Of a DNA stretch of 64,000 nt, positions 1-8,489 are shown in pieces. The DNA comes from a virus: positions 37,661 to 101,660 of the IMG/VR virus record IMGVR_UViG_3300049582_000032. One strand, given 5' to 3'. Under the pieces are notes generated by a model. The model worked only from the letters and a program-made list of their open reading frames with translations, was not told where the DNA came from and made no database searches. Position 1 is the stretch's first letter. Each line of letters starts with the position of its first letter. A program made the position numbers and the translations under genes.

Positions 1-822
1 CTCTGTTCTTGTCAATGCTTTCACCTCTTCTTCCCAGCACGGCGTTCCCCTCCACGCGCTCAGCGTCCGCCAAGTGATTCCGTACTTCGTCGGCCCGCCG
101 CTGTCCGCTGGATCATTAACGTACTTGGTCCCCTCCTTCTTTATCAAGGCGGAGATCATTGCGTCTATCGCTTCCGGCCTTTTACCTGGAGGCGGCGGCA
201 AGGCAGGCTCTACGACAACATCAGGAAGCTTTGGAGCAGGCTTCTCAAGCGCCTTTTCCTTAACATCCAATGCCCAGGCAGGGGCTGGCGGCTTACGGGT
301 CGGTGGGGTGGTGACGACCAGGGGGGTTCTGGCTTCAATGATCGCTTTCTCTCTCTCCCTGATGATCTCAAGCGCCTTCTCTCTTTGCTCAGGAGTCAGT
401 CTTGGCTTGCGTATGTCCTCACTGACGATTCGGGAGCCGAACCAGAATGCTATGACGGCCAGGAACAGAGTCCATATCTCTTCCGGAACAAAGTCCATCG
501 AAACCATGTAGCCGATGAAACTGTCCAGATCGAAGAATGGCCAAAAGAACATCCCCACAATCCATAGCGTGATCAATGGACGTGGAAGACGGCTCAACCC
601 ATCGACAAAGCTGTCCCATTTGGTCTTTGGTGGCCTGCCCGCGAACTCTGCTGCATGACTGGCCAGCACCGCCATCTGTTCATCATGAACGTTTGACTCT
701 ATAGCCTGCCGACCTTCCTCCCTTTGTGTCTCGTCTCCTTTCGTAACGCGGATGATCTTGGTCGCAGTATCCCCAACGCCCGTTATCGTCCTTCCAAGGC
801 CGTTGAGAATCCATCCAAGCAA
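1..822 (-). CDS. 3TM holin (GTA-type, PF11351-like) fused to GH108 endolysin; runs off the left edge
   Basis: Hand translation, not in the ORF track. Open frame from TTG 822 (AGGTG RBS) to position 1. Holin motifs WDSFVDGLSRLPRP and WTLFLAVIAFWFGSR, then a Pro-rich linker, then GH108 signature KEGTKYVNDPADSGGPTKYGIT. Confidence 0.85.
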   Translation of the reverse strand, partial: MLGWILNGLGRTITGVGDTATKIIRVTKGDETQREEGRQAIESNVHDEQMAVLASHAAEFAGRPPKTKWDSFVDGLSRLPRPLITLWIVGMFFWPFFDLDSFIGYMVSMDFVPEEIWTLFLAVIAFWFGSRIVSEDIRKPRLTPEQREKALEIIREREKAIIEARTPLVVTTPPTRKPPAPAWALDVKEKALEKPAPKLPDVVVEPALPPPPGKRPEAIDAMISALIKKEGTKYVNDPADSGGPTKYGITWRTLSAWRGTPCWEEEVKALTRTE

Positions 823-930
823 AATACACCTATGGTTTCGATGGCATATGCCGTAATTTTACCCTTTATCGTTGTGCTATGTCCATGCTAGAGTTAAGAG
901 AGGTTCTTATGAGCCCCGAAAAGGAAGGCT

Positions 931-1308
931 ATGATCTCGTCGGAAGTCGTTCTGACCATAAACGCAGCGCTGGTTGTGATCATCCCGGCAGCCGCATATT
1001 TCGTGGTGTCATGGTTGCGGGCCAAGGCGGATGACTTGAAGCGCAGGCAGGACGAGACATACGAAATCGCCGCCAAGAGCCTCAACCAAAGCCGTCAGAA
1101 CTCCGAAGTGCTCAGTAAGAACACGGCTCTCACGGAGAAGATCGCAATCGCAACGAACGGCAATCAGGAGGCGGCGAGAGCCAGCGGATACATAGCCGGG
1201 CAGATAGCGGAAAGACTCTCAAAGAAAGCAATAGAGTGCGACGAGAGCGAACTCGATGAGCTTGAGAAAGCCTTCAAGATCAACCCAAGGAAAGACGAAG
1301 AAAAATGA
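931..1308 (+). CDS. Membrane-anchored hypothetical protein (possible lysis accessory)
   Basis: N-terminal TM helix followed by a coiled-coil-like region; next to the lysis gene; overlaps the next ORF by 4 bp. Confidence 0.55.
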   Translation: MISSEVVLTINAALVVIIPAAAYFVVSWLRAKADDLKRRQDETYEIAAKSLNQSRQNSEVLSKNTALTEKIAIATNGNQEAARASGYIAGQIAERLSKKAIECDESELDELEKAFKINPRKDEEK

Positions 1309-1721
1309 TACAACTAGAGGAAGTCATCCATTGGGTTATCGTTGCTATTGTCACGCTTAACCTTGCATTGCTTTTTCTGATCGCCTTTCTCGCACACACA
1401 AGCGTTCAACGGCACGCTAAGAACGCAAATCTACTCAGAGACAGCATCTCACGGCTCACCCGGCACGAAGAGGAAGAGGCCGGGAACTGGATGGCCTTCA
1501 CGTCAGGCATATCCGATACCTTCCAGCAAATCGTCAAATGGCAGAAAATGACCGCGCGCATGATGTACCGTGACGCTCAGGCCCTCGGCACGCATGATGA
1601 GAACGTTGCGGAACTTCTGGTCAAGGCGAACGAGATTTCGGATCAACTGAAAATCATCGTGGCAAGGAGCCAAGCCATGAAGCCGGAACCCTTGGATGTC
1701 AATTACGACTCGTCCGGGTGA
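1305..1721 (+). CDS. Membrane-anchored hypothetical protein
   Basis: N-terminal TM helix (VIVAIVTLNLALLFLIAFLA); ATGA coupling to the upstream ORF. Confidence 0.55.
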   Translation: MIQLEEVIHWVIVAIVTLNLALLFLIAFLAHTSVQRHAKNANLLRDSISRLTRHEEEEAGNWMAFTSGISDTFQQIVKWQKMTARMMYRDAQALGTHDENVAELLVKANEISDQLKIIVARSQAMKPEPLDVNYDSSG

Positions 1722-2263
1722 AACTCGATCCTGACCACCATCCTTGCGAAATCCATATGCTTGATGGTTTTCGTCTCGAAGATCAGATCGCCCTCATAGG
1801 CATTGCCGCTCAGGCTCGTCACCCTACCCCGTCCCCTACCGCCATCGTATGATAGAACGTCCACGTCAGCCACACGCACGCAATGCCATGGCCCTGAGTA
1901 GATAGGACACCTCAAGACCTTCCTGATCCTGCCATCTGCATCCACCTGCATTTGTGATCCTTCTGGAGTTATGGTGATCGAACCACGGCGCAGTACACCC
2001 TTGGCAGACGACAAGGCGATAGGCTCAACCGGCCTTGTGAACGGAGCGGAATAGCTCTTGCCCTTCGGGCGCTTCGGTAAAGCCCTTAAGCTCTCCTCGA
2101 AACTCCTGATCAGATCATCAAGGCTCTTTTCCTTGTACCTTCCGATCGTTCTCTCGGAAACGCCGAACTCCCTTGCAAGCTCCCTTGGAGACTCGCCCGC
2201 GACCGCCCTTTTGTGTATATCGACAGCCTGTGACGGGGAAACCTTCTTCGTGTAGTCAGGCAT
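1703..2263 (-). CDS. Helix-turn-helix domain protein
   Basis: N-terminal AGESPRELAREFGVSERTIGRY HTH. Confidence 0.7.
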   Translation of the reverse strand: MPDYTKKVSPSQAVDIHKRAVAGESPRELAREFGVSERTIGRYKEKSLDDLIRSFEESLRALPKRPKGKSYSAPFTRPVEPIALSSAKGVLRRGSITITPEGSQMQVDADGRIRKVLRCPIYSGPWHCVRVADVDVLSYDGGRGRGRVTSLSGNAYEGDLIFETKTIKHMDFARMVVRIEFHPDES

Positions 2264-2690
2264 CAGCGAACCTCCCAGCCTTCAGCATTTCGATCATGTG
2301 CAGACAATCCTTATCGTCAGATGGCAGCAGGTTTACCAGCTTGACCCACACACTCCTTGGACACGGCCAGTTCATGGGGCAATAGCAGCCTATGTCCCTG
2401 CCACGAAGCAGACGGGCATTCATCAAGGCGGCATTTCTCCACACACGAAGACTGATGATTTCCGTCATGGACGCGGAAGGAGGCGCTATTCCCCTGAAAA
2501 CAAGCTCGTCGAACATGATCAGGCCATCCCTTGCTCTCTCGAAACCGACATGGCGGCTTGAGTGATACGGGAGAAACGGGTTCTTCCACCTGTCACGGAA
2601 TATAAAGGCTGTGCCAGGTGGACAAACAGTCCTGCTTTTCTCCTTTCTTAATACAACCGCCTTGCTCACCGTGTTTTCCGCCAGTCCCAT
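2256..2690 (-). CDS. DUF4326-like protein
   Basis: RWKNPF and LRGRDIGCYCP..C motifs typical of DUF4326. Confidence 0.65.
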   Translation of the reverse strand: MGLAENTVSKAVVLRKEKSRTVCPPGTAFIFRDRWKNPFLPYHSSRHVGFERARDGLIMFDELVFRGIAPPSASMTEIISLRVWRNAALMNARLLRGRDIGCYCPMNWPCPRSVWVKLVNLLPSDDKDCLHMIEMLKAGRFADA

Positions 2691-3214
2691 GGCTTCTCCA
2701 TCTCTGAGTCCATGTGTACGCCAATACCGTTGGCCCTGGCCTCTTCCTCTAACGCAAGCAACATTTTCTCGTCCAGGCCAGATGTAAACCGCGTGTCAAC
2801 AAGCACGTTTCCTGTCTCAACCATATGAGAGGAGATATCAATGCCCTCCTTTGAGCACTTCATCACCCAGCGGTCATAGCTCTCACTGATCTTAAGGCAT
2901 TTCAATGTGCCCCGGTTGTCGTTCAAGAGCCAATCGAGTTCTTCCGTCGCGTTCTTGGCGCAATCAAAAACCCCACCCTTCAGCAGGTTATTGCACACCT
3001 GCCCACGTTCTGGAGCATCAACACCATGAAGACGGACCTTGACACGAACAGCCTTTGCATTCTTGACGAAATACGGCGTTAGAGGAATCGTGAACGTGTC
3101 CCCGTCATGCACATCCGCAATCTCGTTGAAGGCCCAATAGAAAGGCGGCGGATCGGCAACGGCAATGGACGTAAACCCAAGGAAGGCCACAACTCCAGAT
3201 ATCAACTTATTCAT
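2666..3214 (-). CDS. Secreted thermonuclease (SNase family)
   Basis: Signal peptide MNKLISG...AVA; VHDGDT, VRLHGVDAPE, YDRW and EEEARANGIG motifs. Start moved to ATG 3214. Confidence 0.9.
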   Translation of the reverse strand: MNKLISGVVAFLGFTSIAVADPPPFYWAFNEIADVHDGDTFTIPLTPYFVKNAKAVRVKVRLHGVDAPERGQVCNNLLKGGVFDCAKNATEELDWLLNDNRGTLKCLKISESYDRWVMKCSKEGIDISSHMVETGNVLVDTRFTSGLDEKMLLALEEEARANGIGVHMDSEMEKPWDWRKTR

Positions 3215-3485
3215 TTTGCAACCCATTGTCCGCAAGAAACCGATCAATCATATCCATGCTGCTTGTCGCAAACCTGTCCGTTTCCTCCCACGTTCCATTG
3301 TGCATGATATCCGTGTTCTCAGCGTCGATCTTTGCTACTAGCTTCCACCACTTAATTGCAACATCGATCCTCCATGTCTTAGCGACAATCTTCGTGATCT
3401 CCTCAATCTTCTCCCTTAATGAAATCAGATTTAACGTTGCGTTGATGACAATATCATCATCAGCTTCAATATTTGTTGTCTGCAT
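3207..3485 (-). CDS. Hypothetical protein
   Basis: Overlaps the thermonuclease start in an operon-like way. Confidence 0.5.
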   Translation of the reverse strand: MQTTNIEADDDIVINATLNLISLREKIEEITKIVAKTWRIDVAIKWWKLVAKIDAENTDIMHNGTWEETDRFATSSMDMIDRFLADNGLQNE

Positions 3486-3495
3486 TGGAAACCCA

Positions 3496-3524
3496 TTGAC
3501 AATCTGAACTAATTGCTATATATA
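3496..3524 (+). promoter_or_regulatory. Putative sigma70 promoter
   Basis: TTGACA at 3496 and CTATATA at about 3516-3524, upstream of AGGAG RBS and ATG 3559. Confidence 0.55.
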
Positions 3525-3558
3525 CACGGTTATCATTCAAAACACAAGGAGAAACACC

Positions 3559-3993
3559 ATGCCGAAAGGCAAAAGCAACGAAGATCGTGAGACGATGAGT
3601 GGAAATCTGTTCATCGTAGAGATGGCTGAAGATAGCGCAAACGTAACGCGCCTCCCAATCAACGTGAAGCTGGAGACAAACACGGTTGAGGTCAATAGCG
3701 GGGATGTCATCTACCCCAAGCGCGACCACGCCGTTCGGGCGATTGTTGAGGTCATTACGGATGATCTCGGCAGCACGTATTCCACTGACGGTCTTTCAAA
3801 GGGTGCCGCCAAGGCCGTTGCAAAGCACGTCGAAGGACTGCGCAAGAAGGTCGCTCAGGCCGTGCGGGCTCAGATCACGAAAGCAGGTGCGGGGCAGACT
3901 GTTTCCATCTCCCTTGATCCCGCCGAATACGATATCGAGGACGATAGCGAGGACGAAGACCTGCCGGAAGATCAATTCCAAGCGGCAGAGTAA
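3559..3993 (+). CDS. Hypothetical protein with acidic C-terminal tail
   Basis: Strong RBS (AAGGAG), own promoter, C-terminus EYDIEDDSEDEDLPEDQ. Confidence 0.75.
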   Translation: MPKGKSNEDRETMSGNLFIVEMAEDSANVTRLPINVKLETNTVEVNSGDVIYPKRDHAVRAIVEVITDDLGSTYSTDGLSKGAAKAVAKHVEGLRKKVAQAVRAQITKAGAGQTVSISLDPAEYDIEDDSEDEDLPEDQFQAAE

Positions 3994-4045
3994 CACTGCA
4001 AGATAAGGCTTGACTTTGCCGAAAGCAGCCTTATCATTCTACCTT

Positions 4046-4165
4046 AGAGCAAGGGGAGTGTAGCTGCTTTAGTGGTTCTCCAGCACTTCTAAAAGCCTCA
4101 GGCTCCTCCCGGCTCTTTGAAACCCCTGGCAGCCAGCCCCCCTCTGGCTCCAGGGGTTTCGCCTT
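4046..4165 (+). ncRNA. Candidate small RNA (rod-like stem plus GC-rich hairpin)
   Basis: TTGACT-N16-TATCAT at 4010-4037; imperfect long stem 4046-4116; hairpin GAAACCCCTGG...CCAGGGGTTTC at 4119-4160; no ORF. Confidence 0.4.
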
Positions 4166-4166
4166 T

Positions 4167-4358
4167 CTAGCCTACAGCATCCGGATTATCATGGAACTTA
4201 CGGAATAGCTGGTCCCACTGGCTTGCGCGAATCATGCGTGGAAGCTTCGGGTCTTTCTCGGATTGAAGCCTGATATACTGTTGAAACGCACAGAGAATTT
4301 CCATCTCCTGAGCCGCGAATTCCTCTATCGTGAGTTCAGGATCTTTGTCTTCTTCCAA
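4167..4358 (-). CDS. Small hypothetical phage protein
   Basis: AGGAG upstream; F..Y/W...P..P....W...F pattern shared with 6040-6225. Confidence 0.55.
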   Translation of the reverse strand: MEEDKDPELTIEEFAAQEMEILCAFQQYIRLQSEKDPKLPRMIRASQWDQLFRKFHDNPDAVG

Positions 4359-4369
4359 GGTGATCTCCT

Positions 4370-4918
4370 TCAGGCTATCAGTGGCTCATACGTGACAATC
4401 GAATCTATCACACCATCACTATAGTAATCTCTAACTTCCTTCACCAGGAACCCGTCTGGCGCATACTCGAACGTGATTGTATCCATCCCGCCAAAGCCGA
4501 TTGCGACAAAGTTCTGGAAACTCTGCACCCGCTGCGTAACCTGCCCGAGATCGTTGACGGCTTGCGTCATTTCGTATGTGTATTCAGGCTCAGGATCAGT
4601 ATCGTACTGGTACTTCCAAAACTCATGGGATAGAACGCCATTCGTGTATTCGTAATCGGCGGTTGCGTGATAAATCCATCCATCCGCGCCCGCCTTCTCA
4701 CGAAACACGTCCTGGAATTCGATCTTCCCATCATCCGTGTACGAATACTCTTCCCGATAGACTTCCTCGAAGGAGCCATCCCCGTCTCTGTCGTACAGAT
4801 CAGACTGGTAGGTCAGATCGTCGCCGCCGTCGAGAAAACGCTTCTCGGATACGGAAGTTGATTTCAGGGTTCCATCGGGATTAAGGTTGGTCCAGGTCTC
4901 CTTGTAATCCTGCGGCAT
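4370..4918 (-). CDS. Acidic YD-like/Dx[DN]xDG repeat protein
   Basis: DRDGDGSFE, YTDDGKI, YAPDGFL and DYYSDGVID repeats. Confidence 0.7.
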   Translation of the reverse strand: MPQDYKETWTNLNPDGTLKSTSVSEKRFLDGGDDLTYQSDLYDRDGDGSFEEVYREEYSYTDDGKIEFQDVFREKAGADGWIYHATADYEYTNGVLSHEFWKYQYDTDPEPEYTYEMTQAVNDLGQVTQRVQSFQNFVAIGFGGMDTITFEYAPDGFLVKEVRDYYSDGVIDSIVTYEPLIA

Positions 4919-4927
4919 GCAATATCC

Positions 4928-5968
4928 TTATGCGACAAGCGGGTCGAATGTGACAACCTCACTGTAATCGATGATCTTATCAAGGCCGTAGTCTATCGTG
5001 TGCGAAATTACGTCGTCGTTCGCGCCATCGCCATCCAGATCGGCATACTTGAAGCGCTCCCTGTCCCTGCCATCAAGATAACCGGACTTGGAACCGGGGG
5101 TGAACTTGCCGTCCAAGTTCCCATCGTGGGATGTTAGCCTGTCAGTTACCAGCCCGTCCGCGTTCCTCCAGGTTTCGATCAGATCCCTCTTATAGACATC
5201 CTCAGCAGGCCCTATGTACTCAACAAGCTCCTTGGTATGGCTGCTTGATACCTGAGTCACTGTTGTTCTGGTTACGAAGTGCTGTCCAGCATAGATGATC
5301 TTTGCATTGGCGTCGTCAAACAGCCACGTGTCGGTGCGGTGCCAACCTTCATCAGCCCAAACAAACGGGTCCATCCGATCAATGGATATCATCCGGCCAG
5401 TGGAATCGTAGTCGCAGTCTTCGCCCACCACGAAATCGTACAAGGCGGCATCGTCGATCAGCGTAACGTCTTTCCAGCCCTCTTGCGTGTAGCTCGTATC
5501 CACCCGCCTGTAGCTTGTCGGATCTTCAAAGCCCTCCACATAGCCACGGGTTTCCTCCACGGTCAGGTTCCCGAAGGAATCGAAAGTGTAAGCCGTAACG
5601 CTGCTGTTGTCGGCAACGCCGTTCCCGTCGCCATCGCCAGTATCAACCCGATCCAGGATCATCCGCCCAAAACCATCGTATTGAAGGGACCGGAACTGCT
5701 CGAAGTCCGTCAGGCCATCGCCGTTCGTGTCAAAGGTGACGTGCTCACCCATCAACACTCCAGCCGCATCATAAGCACATGAAGTTGTCTTGAAGTTATC
5801 GGTGACGCCATCAGCCCCGTAGTCAGTGGCCATCGACCTGGAAAGAACACGTCCACTCGCATCGGTCGTAACAGACTCCGAAGAAGAGAAACCGTTGTAA
5901 TCGATCTTCCGTGTGTAGCTCATCGCTGCCTCCAGCGTAAGGGGTTCATTTGGGGTATGAGTTGTCAT
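4928..5968 (-). CDS. Acidic YD-like/Dx[DN]xDG repeat protein
   Basis: YDAAGVL, YDGFGRMI, FDSFGNL and YDSTGRMI alternate with DTNGDGLTD, DGDGNGVAD and DLDGDGAND. Confidence 0.75.
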   Translation of the reverse strand: MTTHTPNEPLTLEAAMSYTRKIDYNGFSSSESVTTDASGRVLSRSMATDYGADGVTDNFKTTSCAYDAAGVLMGEHVTFDTNGDGLTDFEQFRSLQYDGFGRMILDRVDTGDGDGNGVADNSSVTAYTFDSFGNLTVEETRGYVEGFEDPTSYRRVDTSYTQEGWKDVTLIDDAALYDFVVGEDCDYDSTGRMISIDRMDPFVWADEGWHRTDTWLFDDANAKIIYAGQHFVTRTTVTQVSSSHTKELVEYIGPAEDVYKRDLIETWRNADGLVTDRLTSHDGNLDGKFTPGSKSGYLDGRDRERFKYADLDGDGANDDVISHTIDYGLDKIIDYSEVVTFDPLVA

Positions 5969-6039
5969 GATCTCGTTAAAGATCAAGAGGATGCTAGGGC
6001 AAAATCCGCAAGCGCGCTGTGGGAAAACTCACAATCTTC

Positions 6040-6225
6040 TCAGACGCCACCTCTCAGTTTGAGATCCCCAAGCCACTCGGCAAACGCCATTTCCCATTCC
6101 TCTTCGCTCTTCACCAGTGGATATGCGTCCGGGTGCAAGGCAGAGGAAGCTCGCCACTCTTCGTAGAAATCCAGGAAGAGAGAACGCTTGGCCATAACCC
6201 ATTGATCAAGTGTTGATACGGACAT
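6040..6225 (-). CDS. Small hypothetical phage protein
   Basis: GGAG RBS; downstream of the promoter at 6270-6297. Confidence 0.6.
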   Translation of the reverse strand: MSVSTLDQWVMAKRSLFLDFYEEWRASSALHPDAYPLVKSEEEWEMAFAEWLGDLKLRGGV

Positions 6226-6269
6226 TACTTAACTCCATCGTCTCTCTCCAGCATTTCGTTATAGCAGCA

Positions 6270-6297
6270 AGTATATCATAACAAGCTATGTTGTCAA
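6270..6297 (-). promoter_or_regulatory. Putative sigma70 promoter
   Basis: TTGACA-N16-TATACT on the minus strand. Confidence 0.6.
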
Positions 6298-6572
6298 GTC
6301 TTTTTAACGTAGCATGCATGTATACGATCAATCGCGTTAAACTGCTTCCACGAAGGGCTATAATCTTGCAAAAACACCTTGTTCATGATGTCCGTAACCA
6401 TGGCGCGCTGCTTTGCTGGAAGATCAGGAACCTCAAGGATTTTTCTGCATTGATCCCCCAGCTTCACAGCCCACTCGTCCAATGGCTGCATGGAGTCCTC
6501 AACCTTTGACTTTCGCATCCGATCTTGAAGATTGCGCTTCTCCCACTCGAACTTATGTCTTCGCTTTGTCAC
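6294..6572 (-). CDS. Hypothetical protein
   Basis: Tightly packed minus-strand operon. Confidence 0.55.
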   Translation of the reverse strand: MTKRRHKFEWEKRNLQDRMRKSKVEDSMQPLDEWAVKLGDQCRKILEVPDLPAKQRAMVTDIMNKVFLQDYSPSWKQFNAIDRIHACYVKKT

Positions 6573-6574
6573 AG

Positions 6575-6835
6575 TTACCCCTCAAGGACAGTCGCCAATC
6601 CAGATTTTAACTTGTCCTTATCCTCATGCGCGTCCATACGCCCTGCCATTACGAATAGATCAATAGAAAGACTATTCATAACCGAAGCGGCGTTCAGAAC
6701 CGTTCTGTACGAAACTGTCCCGTTCTTAATCCTCTCTTCAACAGGCTCCAGCACGCCATTCTTTAAAGACTCGACAACCAAAAGCAGAATTTTCATATCT
6801 GATTCATTCATTCGCTTTCCTCCTGTTTCTTCCAT
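6575..6835 (-). CDS. Hypothetical protein
   Basis: Operon packing; AGGAGG before an internal ATG (MNESDMK). Confidence 0.55.
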   Translation of the reverse strand: MEETGGKRMNESDMKILLLVVESLKNGVLEPVEERIKNGTVSYRTVLNAASVMNSLSIDLFVMAGRMDAHEDKDKLKSGLATVLEG

Positions 6836-6870
6836 TCAAGTAAAAAGGGATTCGTAGTGAGGTTCTTCCG

Positions 6871-7203
6871 TCATATCTCCTCTAGCCTCTTCAGTTTCCG
6901 TGGCTTGCCATCCGTCACAATCTCTGGCGTCAGATGACCAAGATACTCATCCGTAACGCCATCCAAGAGCTTGCCGTTGCTGTAGACCTTGATCGACATG
7001 ATAAGCCCCGCTCCCCTCTTGCGAACGCACACCTGCAAGTCTCCCACAACATCGTGGGATTGCTTCAAGGTTTCCGCCATTTCCTTAACGAACACACCGT
7101 AGGCTGCGTCCAACATGCCACGAGCCCTTGGACCACGAGGCGTTGAAGCCTCATGCGGCAACTTCTTGTACTTTGAGCTTTGGCCTAGTGGACGGACTCG
7201 CAT
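6871..7203 (-). CDS. Hypothetical protein
   Basis: GGAGAG RBS; directly downstream of the promoter at 7233-7261. Confidence 0.6.
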   Translation of the reverse strand: MRVRPLGQSSKYKKLPHEASTPRGPRARGMLDAAYGVFVKEMAETLKQSHDVVGDLQVCVRKRGAGLIMSIKVYSNGKLLDGVTDEYLGHLTPEIVTDGKPRKLKRLEEI

Positions 7204-7232
7204 TGCGCTCTCCAGCGATTCAACTTCAGAGC

Positions 7233-7261
7233 ATTGTAGTGGGATTGCGGGGTGATGTCAA
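7233..7261 (-). promoter_or_regulatory. Putative sigma70 promoter
   Basis: TTGACA-N17-TACAAT. Confidence 0.7.
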
Positions 7262-7307
7262 GACTTTTGTTGGGGCGTTACGATCTAATAATGTGTGGGT
7301 GGATCGC

Positions 7308-7955
7308 CTACCCCTTGAAAGCAACGTCTCTGTTAACGCAAAACCTATTCGCATCTAATTGACTTAAATACCCCTTATCCATCAACTCTCTTGCTGACAG
7401 GCGGAAGCTTCTCATGGAAGTTCCCGTCATGCGCAACAGATACTTCCTTTCGTCATCTGAAATTGTCGCGATATTCCGCCTATTCATGACAGCCCCCATG
7501 AACATAAAGAGAGCGTGCGCCTTGTGCTTCAGATGAATCATTGACTCAAACTTATCCATGTAGATGCTGAATCTCGCTCTCTCGTCACAAGGAAAGACAA
7601 TCATGAATGGACGGTCATGAGGCATGCGACGTACCGCGTGGTTCTTGTTGTACCCGCTGCTGATGGCATCATATTCTGCAATCAGACACTCTTCCATCTC
7701 CAGAATGTCTTCAATGGTGTCTCTCGGCTCAAATACCTTAACCGTATATCCATCCTTGGCATACATGTCGAAATCCCTCTGGAACTCCTTAATTGTATGC
7801 TTCCCACGGCTTAGAAGATGAAAATGCTGGTCAACCCTCTTTGCAACATCTGTCGATGATCCAACATATGACTTCCCATTAGCCCTGCATGTGATGACAT
7901 ACGCGCTCTTGTGATTTCTAGGTATTTGCCTATCTACTGGCTTTATCATAACCAC
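7308..7955 (-). CDS. GIY-YIG nuclease fused to a RepL-like winged-helix domain
   Basis: SAYVIT...SYVGSSTDVAKRVDQH and LEMEECLI...GYN (GIY-YIG); C-terminal ARELMDKGYLSQLDANRFCVNRDVAFKG resembles the RepL wHTH. Confidence 0.7.
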   Translation of the reverse strand: MVMIKPVDRQIPRNHKSAYVITCRANGKSYVGSSTDVAKRVDQHFHLLSRGKHTIKEFQRDFDMYAKDGYTVKVFEPRDTIEDILEMEECLIAEYDAISSGYNKNHAVRRMPHDRPFMIVFPCDERARFSIYMDKFESMIHLKHKAHALFMFMGAVMNRRNIATISDDERKYLLRMTGTSMRSFRLSARELMDKGYLSQLDANRFCVNRDVAFKG

Positions 7956-7986
7956 ACCTCGGATTCCTCCGCTTCCGCGTTAATCT

Positions 7987-8460
7987 TCAGACTTGGCACG
8001 CAATACGATGCAGGCCACTTGTTTCCTTGATCCCTTCTCTCTTCCTAAGAGTCTTGAACCTCTCATTCTGGCGTGAAATCTCAAAGTCTTTATTCTCCTT
8101 GTGACTTACCAAGATCACGCCATCAAGCTTTGCGTACTTCTTCTTGTTGTTCCATGATGACCATGCGATCTCATGGTTAAGAATGTACACGTTCGAGTTT
8201 CCAGACTTCAAAATTCCGATAAAGCCATTATCCTCAAGGACCTTTATGGCCCTGTATATGGTCGCCCTGCTGCACTCGAAATACTCTTGCAGAACGTCAT
8301 ACGAGCATGCGAGTGCATTTGCCTTGTCCATATGCTCCATAAGGAAGGTCAATATGCAGGCTGAAAGCGAGTGCTTCCGCATCAGCCACCTCACTTCAGG
8401 CATGTTCCTTCTATAGAGCTGCACAAAATCCTCATTCTTCCTGTCGTCAAGAACGCTCAC
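7987..8460 (-). CDS. repL: RepL-family plasmid replication/maintenance protein (wHTH)
   Basis: DFVQLY...ILTFLMEHMDKANAL...SRATIYRAIKVLEDNGFI...NVYILNHEIAW, the PF05732-like pattern; GGAGG RBS. Confidence 0.75.
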   Translation of the reverse strand: MSVLDDRKNEDFVQLYRRNMPEVRWLMRKHSLSACILTFLMEHMDKANALACSYDVLQEYFECSRATIYRAIKVLEDNGFIGILKSGNSNVYILNHEIAWSSWNNKKKYAKLDGVILVSHKENKDFEISRQNERFKTLRKREGIKETSGLHRIACQV

Positions 8461-8489
8461 GGCGATACCTCCATCCCTCGGATCTGACG

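Noticed and set aside
74-619. ORF-track calls at 74-511, 385-567 and 419-619
   Set aside because: They overlap the holin-GH108 frame (1-822, minus), which has two recognisable domains.
4053-4110. tRNA-like start GGGAGTG-TAGCT
   Set aside because: No TTCRA T-loop, anticodon arm or cloverleaf; kept only as a generic sRNA candidate.
4370-5968. Rhs toxin-immunity locus
   Set aside because: YD-like turns are present, but the proteins are short and lack the PxxxxDPxG core end and any toxin domain.
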